NCBI GenBank assembly: GCA_038998625.1
Contig: JAWADS010000008.1
Span: forward strand, 1 to 21,359
Length of the DNA stretch: 21,359 nucleotides
Source of the DNA: Candidatus Aenigmatarchaeota archaeon
GTDB taxonomy: Archaea > Aenigmatarchaeota > Aenigmatarchaeia > CG10238-14 > SCSR01
Reading direction: 5' to 3'
The translations under genes were made by a program, and so were the position numbers. Under the pieces are notes generated by a model. The model was not told the origin of the DNA, searched no databases, and saw only the letters and a list, made by a program, of their open reading frames with translations. Of this stretch, positions 15,495-21,359 are shown piece by piece (the stretch's first letter is position 1; every line of letters begins with the position of its first letter).

Positions 15495-16737
15495 TTTTTT
15501 GAAAAATAAAATCTAATCCTCCAAGCCTCCCTAATAAACTATAAGAACTACCTTGCTGTTTTTCCATCTCCTTTAAATCTCCTCTTTTCTTTAACAGGGC
15601 ATTTATTTTCTTTATATTTTCTTCCGACTCTAAAGCAGCCTTCTTACTATCACCTATGCCACAAGAATTCCCAACTCCTACAATAATTATTATGCCTTTT
15701 TCTTTAGTCCTTTCTACAGCGTCTTCTACACGCTTTAAGGCTTGAGGAACTACCCTCAAAATTTCAAGCCTCATAGGCATAATAGCTTCCTCAGGAAGCA
15801 TTTTAATAATAATCGAATCTAAAGGTAAGTTTTTAGCTGTAGCTATATTTTCAATATAGCTTTTATCTACACCAATACCTCCAATGGCGGCACCTACTCC
15901 TTCTGCTATAGCGCCTGTTTTTTCTCCCTCTAACTTTGCAGCAGCATCTATGGTTATAATTTTTGCTATTTTATTTCTCTTCACTAAATTTTCCACAGCT
16001 TTGCCTATCTTGCCCAACCTGCCTCCAGGGCCCTTAGCTTTTAAAACAAAAGTTTGTCTTCCTTTTATTTTCCTCCTGGCCATTACCACATCTTCTGCTA
16101 TCTCTATTGTTTTTGAATTTCCTATCAAGTGCGCAGCTATGAGGGGACCTATAGAATCGCCAATAGGCCAGCCATTAGTCAAAGCTTCTGTACCCTTGAG
16201 CAAAGCCTTAGAAATCCTTTCAATCATAGGTAATTGCATCTGCAAAACTAGAGCTAGTTGTAGATTTTTCGTTTTCTTTATTAATTCTACAAAATGTCTA
16301 ACCAATTTTGCCACTTGATTTAAGCTTATGGCCCCAGATAAACCCATCATTAAGTTGGCCTGCTCCTCCTCATTGAAATTGGGTGCAATTTGTTTCACAA
16401 AAAGCTTAAACCTCTTTTCTGAAAGATTCAACAAATGCTCAATTTTTCTTATTATACCATAAGGATCTAAACTTACAGGCTCTATCACAAAAAATTCTAA
16501 AAAATTTGAAATAGCTTCCCTCACATCCCTTCCTGTCTTTGCAACTTTTTTAATTATAATATTTTTACCGGAACGCATTAGACTTTCGATTAATAAAGCT
16601 TTTTGTTCAAGTTGTGTTAAAGCTTGATAAAGAAGAATTCTTGGGTAAAAGTAGAAAAATATCATGAGCACAATAAACCAAATTATATTACCTAACCAGT
16701 CACCACCTATTTGCATATTTAAGAACAAAGGCTCCAC
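15484..16737 (-). CDS. DUF1512 family membrane protein
   Basis: N-terminal TM; IEPVSLDPYGI, PIGDSIGP, GPGG, IDAAAKLEGEKTG..AEGVG.AIGG.G, VGVGNS.GIG. Confidence 0.8.
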   Translation of the reverse strand: MEPLFLNMQIGGDWLGNIIWFIVLMIFFYFYPRILLYQALTQLEQKALLIESLMRSGKNIIIKKVAKTGRDVREAISNFLEFFVIEPVSLDPYGIIRKIEHLLNLSEKRFKLFVKQIAPNFNEEEQANLMMGLSGAISLNQVAKLVRHFVELIKKTKNLQLALVLQMQLPMIERISKALLKGTEALTNGWPIGDSIGPLIAAHLIGNSKTIEIAEDVVMARRKIKGRQTFVLKAKGPGGRLGKIGKAVENLVKRNKIAKIITIDAAAKLEGEKTGAIAEGVGAAIGGIGVDKSYIENIATAKNLPLDSIIIKMLPEEAIMPMRLEILRVVPQALKRVEDAVERTKEKGIIIIVGVGNSCGIGDSKKAALESEENIKKINALLKKRGDLKEMEKQQGSSYSLLGRLGGLDFIFQKIKF

Positions 16738-16820
16738 CTTTTTAAACCCTCATCTATATTTTAATAGCTTGTGTACATAATATTAATATTGGGTATTTAT
16801 AAGGGTTTTGGGTCTTCAGA

Positions 16821-17510
16821 ATGACGTGGAAAAGCTTATTGATAATTTTTTTAATTTTAGCTATAGGAGGCCTTTTATTCTTTACTCGGCAAGGCAAACA
16901 ATATGCAGACTTCCTTATCACAACAGTGGGAAGATTTCTCGCTACTTATGGCATAAATTTTCCTAGTCTTGGTTTCAGCGGTCAAAGTTTTCCAATACAA
17001 GTTTCGATAGATAAAGAATCTTTTAGAAAAGTTTCCTTTGATGCTTTAAACTCTTCTATAAGGGCTGTTGGTTTATGTGTAAGTGACATAAAAATTGAAA
17101 ATCTCTTTATTGATAAAATGTCTAAAAATTGTGATGTAGTTGTCAAAAATGGCAATGGTAAAATTGATTTTACTGTTGGAGGGAGCTTACTTATTTCTGT
17201 AAACTCCCCTGAAATAATTTTGAATGGTGAAAATTATTATGCTAGCAATTCAAATCTTGATGTGAAAGTTGAAATATTACCTGAAGCTTTAAGTTTGGTG
17301 GGAATAAAGAACAATGAGCTATCATTAAATGTTTTGTTTGGGGAGGCAAAAAAATTAAGGGAAGATGGTAGTATAGATGTTTTGAAGAATCTTTATAACG
17401 AAACAGTTACAATAAGCAATTTTGTTGGAAGCCTAGAGTTAAGTGATTATAAATATATTTTGAGGGGCTTCTCTACACAAATAAAAGGTTTAAATTGGGT
17501 GTTGAAATAA
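16821..17510 (+). CDS. Hypothetical membrane-anchored, beta-rich protein
   Basis: 229 aa, N-terminal signal/TM helix. Confidence 0.7.
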   Translation: MTWKSLLIIFLILAIGGLLFFTRQGKQYADFLITTVGRFLATYGINFPSLGFSGQSFPIQVSIDKESFRKVSFDALNSSIRAVGLCVSDIKIENLFIDKMSKNCDVVVKNGNGKIDFTVGGSLLISVNSPEIILNGENYYASNSNLDVKVEILPEALSLVGIKNNELSLNVLFGEAKKLREDGSIDVLKNLYNETVTISNFVGSLELSDYKYILRGFSTQIKGLNWVLK

Positions 17511-17572
17511 ATTTAAAACAACAAAAAAGTTTTAGAATAAATTTTTGAAAATTTTAAAGGAGGTTTGATATT

Positions 17573-18043
17573 ATGTATAGAACTATAAGAACTTCTCGCA
17601 GAGTTAGGATGGGGGAAGAAAGGAATGTGGCTTTATTTGTTGATGGCCCCAACATGTTAAGAAAGGAATTTATGATTGATTTAAGAGATTTGAAAAAAAG
17701 GGCCCAAAAGTATGGAAGAGTTATTGTGGCTAAAGTTTTTATAAATCAATTTGCACCAGAAAAGCTAATTGAAGCGATAATAAATGAAGGCTATGAATCA
17801 TTAATGATTTTGGCAGAAAAAGAAGAAGAGGCAAGTGATGTAGATGTTGCCTTAGCGGTGTCTGCAATTGAAACTATTTTAACTAAGGATATAGATGTGG
17901 TGGCAATAGCCACAAGGGACGCAGATTTTTTACCAGTAGTACAGAAGGCTAAAGAATATGGAAAAACTACGGTAGTTTTTGGGGCGGAGCCAGGATTTAG
18001 CAGTAGCTTAAAAAATGCTGCTGACTTTGTGGAAATTTTGTGA
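17573..18043 (+). CDS. NYN-domain (LabA/DUF88, TIGR00288-like) protein
   Basis: LFVDGPNMLRK, DVDVAL, TRDADFLP, SLKNAAD; AAGGAGGT RBS. Confidence 0.9.
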   Translation: MYRTIRTSRRVRMGEERNVALFVDGPNMLRKEFMIDLRDLKKRAQKYGRVIVAKVFINQFAPEKLIEAIINEGYESLMILAEKEEEASDVDVALAVSAIETILTKDIDVVAIATRDADFLPVVQKAKEYGKTTVVFGAEPGFSSSLKNAADFVEIL

Positions 18044-18056
18044 AAGATTTAATTTT

Positions 18057-18135
18057 TTTATTGGCTCGCTCCACTGGGCGGTCCACCTCGCGCGAGATAT
18101 AAAACAAAGAATATAGGCGCGAGGTCCTTCTTTGT
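18057..18135. repeat. Dispersed structured repeat, copy 3 (79 bp, inverted, internally shorter)
   Basis: Reverse complement matches copies 1/2 exactly over 18067-18135 and TTTATTGG at 18057-18064; lacks about two 13-bp GAGCGNAGCGA units. Confidence 0.95.
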
Positions 18136-18181
18136 TTGTTTTTTATTTTTTTGAAAAATTTTAAGAATTAAAAATTTAATT

Positions 18182-19261
18182 ATGTGGCAATTAGTTAGGC
18201 CCGATGCTGTTTTTGGTTTAGAAGTATCTCTTGTGAAAAAACTTTTACCAAGATATATAAAAGTGGTAAAAAACGAATTGCCGGCCAATTTTCAGATCTT
18301 AAAAAGAATTAGTGTAAAACAAAAAACTAAAAATTTTTGGCAAGTGCATGAAGATAAAATGAAGGAATTTTACGAATTAAAAGAAAAGATTGATAGCAAA
18401 GAAGTTAAGTTAGAAGATTTAAAAATTCCAAAATTTTCCTTGCTGGACTTGAAAATCCAATTGGTTAAAAAAATTATGGAAAGTTGTGATTTGTGTGAGA
18501 GAAATTGCAAAGTGAATAGGTGGAAGGGAGAAATAGGAGTTTGCAAAGTGGGTAATAAATGCTTAATTTCTTCTGAGTTTGTTCATTTGGGAGAAGAACC
18601 GCATATAACGCCAAGCCACACAATATTTTTCATGGGTTGTCCTTTTAAATGCCAATTTTGCCAAAATTGGGAAATAAGCCAATGGTATGAAACTGGAATC
18701 GAAGTAACTCCCGAATTTTTAGCCAGAGCTATAGAAAAGAGAAGAAAAATGGATGGAGTGAGAAATGTAAATTTTGTTGGAGGCGAACCAACCCCACATC
18801 TATACTGGATTTTACTGGCTTTAAAAAATTGTAAAGTAAATATTCCCACCCTTTGGAATTCTGATATGTATATGACAGAAAAAACCATGAAAATTTTAGA
18901 TGGAGTTATAGATATGTATTTATCTGACTTTAAATATGGAAACGACAAATGCGCCTTAAGGCTTTCTATTGTTTCCAGATTCTTTGAGGTCTGCAGTAGA
19001 AATCATTTGTTAGCTAGCAAGCAAGCAGAAATTACTTTAAGACATTTAATATTACCCAATCATATCGAATGTTGCACTAAACCTGTTTTAAAATGGATTG
19101 CTGAAAATATTAAAGATAAATGCTTAGTAAATTTAATGGATCAATATTATCCTTGCTGGCAAGCCAACAAGTTTCCAGAAATAAACAGAAAAATCACTTT
19201 AGAAGAATTCAAAGAAGCTGTTGATTATGCCAAAAGTTTAGGTTTAAATTTCATTATTTAA
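18182..19261 (+). CDS. Radical SAM protein, PflX-like
   Basis: CDLCERNCKVNR, HLGEE, IFFMGCPFKCQFCQN (CxxxCxxC), VGGEPTP, DFKYGND, RHLILP. Confidence 0.9.
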   Translation: MWQLVRPDAVFGLEVSLVKKLLPRYIKVVKNELPANFQILKRISVKQKTKNFWQVHEDKMKEFYELKEKIDSKEVKLEDLKIPKFSLLDLKIQLVKKIMESCDLCERNCKVNRWKGEIGVCKVGNKCLISSEFVHLGEEPHITPSHTIFFMGCPFKCQFCQNWEISQWYETGIEVTPEFLARAIEKRRKMDGVRNVNFVGGEPTPHLYWILLALKNCKVNIPTLWNSDMYMTEKTMKILDGVIDMYLSDFKYGNDKCALRLSIVSRFFEVCSRNHLLASKQAEITLRHLILPNHIECCTKPVLKWIAENIKDKCLVNLMDQYYPCWQANKFPEINRKITLEEFKEAVDYAKSLGLNFII

Positions 19262-19272
19262 AGGTTTAAATA
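19261..19272 (+). promoter_or_regulatory. Putative BRE/TATA promoter for the tRNA pair
   Basis: AAGG-TTTAAATA about 35 nt upstream of tRNA-Arg; AT-rich background limits certainty. Confidence 0.45.
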
Positions 19273-19307
19273 TAAATTTCAATATTTAATTTTTCTAATT
19301 AATAATT

Positions 19308-19391
19308 GGACCCGTGCGGTAATAGGATAGCCGGCGAAGCTAGCTGAAGGCTTCGGACCTCGAGGTGAGGGTTCGAGTCCCTCCGGGTCCA
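19308..19391 (+). tRNA. tRNA-Arg(TCG) with 11-nt intron at 29/30 (19338-19348); CCA not encoded
   Basis: Acceptor GGACCCG/CGGGTCC; D stem CGGT/GCCG with GGA20; anticodon stem CGAGG/CCTCG forms only after intron removal; loop CT-TCG-GA; T arm GAGGG-TTCGAGT-CCCTC. Confidence 0.88.
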
Positions 19392-19392
19392 T

Positions 19393-19491
19393 GCTCCCGT
19401 CGTCTAGATGAGCCCTTAAAGCTCAGGAAAATCCGGTTAAGGACAGTCGCTTCTCGAGCGACTAACACGGGTTCAAATCCCGTCGGGAGCA
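19393..19491 (+). tRNA. tRNA-Glu(CTC) with 24-nt D-loop intron at 15/16 (19408-19431); CCA not encoded
   Basis: Acceptor GCTCCCG/CGGGAGC; D stem GTCT/GGAC; anticodon arm GTCGC-TTCTCGA-GCGAC; T arm ACGGG-TTCAAAT-CCCGT. Confidence 0.92.
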
Positions 19492-19503
19492 CTCTTAAAA
19501 TTT

Positions 19504-20511
19504 TTATTCATATTTCAAAACCAATTGATTATTTTCTTCATCAAACTCTTCAACATTATTTTCTGGATCTAAAAGCAAACTTATTTTATTAAACCTTTTA
19601 CCAACATAAATATTGCCTAATTTTACAATAAAAATTTCAGTAGGTTGAAGGGGTTCGATTGTATAATTTGTAATGAGACTTCCATCTCCTTTGATTTCTA
19701 CTTTAACTGAAGGGGAAGCTAGGATTCCTCCATTTCTTACAGTAAAACTTACATTAAGGTAAGGACCAAAAGTAGTAGCAGTGGTATTGAGAAAATATAA
19801 ATCTGGTAAGGCTTTTGTTTTATAAAGTTCTTTAATTGTTTGCTTAATTTCTAGAGTAAAATCTTGCTGACAGTCTTCATAAGGATACATTATACTTTTT
19901 GAATCATTTACATGATCTAATCCTAGCACATGGCCAAGCTCATGCAAAATTCTTATAGGTTTTACACAATCTTTTGTAGTAGCAAAAATCTTTGCTATAG
20001 CTTCTAAAGTTAAATTAAAATAATCTGTGGGAAAAATTTTGGTAGGACCACCTTCACCCAATTTTGTTATTATATATTCTCCTTCCCTCTTACTTTCGAC
20101 TTCAGTAGTGCAATTAATAAATAATTGATAATCATTCCCAACTTCTTTAAAAGAAACAACATTATCTGTTTCTGATTGCCACAATTGCATCGAATATCTT
20201 ATTTTGCTCATCATAGAAGGATTGCAAGTGAGATTATCGATTTTTACTAGTATTGGCATTTTGGCCCATCTAATGTTTGGATGAAGGAGGGGATGGGTTA
20301 TGTTAAGTGTGATATTTTTTATTTGATACTGATAAGGTTGGAAGCCTCTGATTTCTCCAGAAGGTAGAGTTGTTTCTTGCGTCAGATTTTCCTTCCTTTC
20401 AACAGTGAATTTTTTTATTTCTGTTGGGATAAAATAAAAATCTGATAAATAGAGGAATAAAATTATGAAGAAAATTATGATTAATATTGCAATTGCCATG
20501 GATGTGGCCAT
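19504..20511 (-). CDS. Membrane-anchored matrixin-family (metzincin) metalloprotease with C-terminal CARDB-like domain
   Basis: N-terminal TM; HELGHVLGLDH zinc motif, SIMYP Met-turn; LPDL...VRNGG...LDPENNVEEFDEENN. Confidence 0.88.
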   Translation of the reverse strand: MATSMAIAILIIIFFIILFLYLSDFYFIPTEIKKFTVERKENLTQETTLPSGEIRGFQPYQYQIKNITLNITHPLLHPNIRWAKMPILVKIDNLTCNPSMMSKIRYSMQLWQSETDNVVSFKEVGNDYQLFINCTTEVESKREGEYIITKLGEGGPTKIFPTDYFNLTLEAIAKIFATTKDCVKPIRILHELGHVLGLDHVNDSKSIMYPYEDCQQDFTLEIKQTIKELYKTKALPDLYFLNTTATTFGPYLNVSFTVRNGGILASPSVKVEIKGDGSLITNYTIEPLQPTEIFIVKLGNIYVGKRFNKISLLLDPENNVEEFDEENNQLVLKYE

Positions 20512-20553
20512 AATTTTTCCTTAAATTTAAAATTGAATTTTTTCAACTTATTA

Positions 20554-21359
20554 TTATAGCCAAAAATGTCGAAAAAATTTCTTTGAAATTTCATCAATTT
20601 TTTCAAAGTCTTCTTTTCTTAATTTCCACCCCACTGCTCCTGCATTTTCTTCAATATGTTTTATATCACTGGCTTTAGGGATTGCCACTACAGGTTTTTT
20701 GCTAATGAGCCAATTTAAAGTAACTTGCGCCATAGTTTTATTATATTTTTTAGCTATTTTTTCTAGTTCATAGTGAAGCTTAGAATATTTTTTATCAAAT
20801 AAATGCCCTTGTGCAAAAGGACTATAAGCTATTACTGTTATTTTCTCTTTTTCGCAAAAGGGTAAGAGATCTCTTTCTATATCCCTCGCCAATAAGCTAT
20901 ATTCAACTTGGTTCGAAACTATCTCATTTTTCTTTAATGCATTTTGCGCGGCAATAGTTTCCTCGACAGAAAAGTTGCTGACTCCGATATATCTAATTTT
21001 CCCCTCTTTAACTAATTTTTCCATAGCCCTCATAGTTTCTTCTATAGGCACAAACTTATTGGGCCAATGCAATTGATAAAGATCAATTTGCTTTATTCCC
21101 AACCTTTTTAAGCTGGCATTACAAGCTTTTATTACATCATTATATCTAAAATGTTCAGGAGAAACCTTTGTAGCAACGAAAACATTGTCCTCATCTTTAA
21201 TAGCCTCGCCAACTATTTCTTCAGTTCCATACATTTCTGCTGTATCAATAAATCTCATCCCTTTTTTTATACCAAATTTCAAAGCTTCTACCTCATTTTT
21301 TATATCATTGCTTAAATTCCAAGTTCCCATTCCAATAACAGGAATTTTTTCTCCCGTTC
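20554..21359 (-). CDS. Aldo/keto reductase (5' end off window)
   Basis: GEKIPVIGMGTW, IDTAEMYG, ATKV, DLYQLHWP, IGVSNF, NQVEY, AIPKAS. Confidence 0.95.
   Translation of the reverse strand, partial: TGEKIPVIGMGTWNLSNDIKNEVEALKFGIKKGMRFIDTAEMYGTEEIVGEAIKDEDNVFVATKVSPEHFRYNDVIKACNASLKRLGIKQIDLYQLHWPNKFVPIEETMRAMEKLVKEGKIRYIGVSNFSVEETIAAQNALKKNEIVSNQVEYSLLARDIERDLLPFCEKEKITVIAYSPFAQGHLFDKKYSKLHYELEKIAKKYNKTMAQVTLNWLISKKPVVAIPKASDIKHIEENAGAVGWKLRKEDFEKIDEISKKFFRHFWL

Noticed and set aside
3871..18135. Repeat as a CRISPR array or classical MITE
   Set aside because: Copies are kilobases apart with no spacers or cas genes; no terminal inverted repeats or clear target duplication.
827..18948. Antisense ORFs in the track (e.g. 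1133-1666, 6544-6972, 11169-11530, 15884-16318, 18583-18948)
   Set aside because: Shadow frames of confidently identified genes with no recognisable motifs.
19365..19592. 75-aa ORF over the tRNA genes
   Set aside because: Overlaps two well-formed tRNAs and the protease 3' end; spurious.
1..21359. Genome-wide stop-codon reassignment
   Set aside because: Conserved genes are uninterrupted under the standard code, and TGA/TAG fall at expected C-termini (acyP, NYN protein, uL16).

Overview
AT-rich, gene-dense archaeal chromosomal segment. Archaeal markers are uL16/L10e, SepF, DUF1512, a short histone-fold protein and intron-bearing tRNAs; a DPANN-type lineage is plausible but is inference. It holds about 31 CDS. 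These include MetRS plus a free-standing tRNA-binding OB-fold gene, F420:NADP oxidoreductase, acylphosphatase, a thioredoxin/Zn-finger/TrxR/malic enzyme/GDH operon, a lipoate-ligase-like protein, PEP synthase, an NYN protein, a PflX-like radical SAM protein, a matrixin-CARDB protease and an aldo/keto reductase. Four small or partial genes are missing from the ORF track: a CBS fragment, two Zn-finger microproteins and a 55-aa histone. Four observations stand out. (1) A GC-rich ~106-bp structured non-coding element occurs three times, always in the same orientation just after a gene ending in TGA, at a fixed register from an in-frame stop, and two copies carry tandem GC-GNA-GC mini-hairpins. (2) A tRNA-Arg(TCG)/tRNA-Glu(CTC) tandem has a 1-nt spacer and non-canonical introns (11 nt at 29/30; 24 nt at 15/16). 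(3) Two housekeeping genes lack an in-frame ATG/GTG/TTG before their conserved N-termini: TrxR probably starts at ATA, and MetRS needs an ATT start, a -1 slip at A-AAA-AAT, or has a sequence error. (4) Two orphan winged-helix proteins share a C-terminal motif. All calls come from reading the sequence; no database searches were run.
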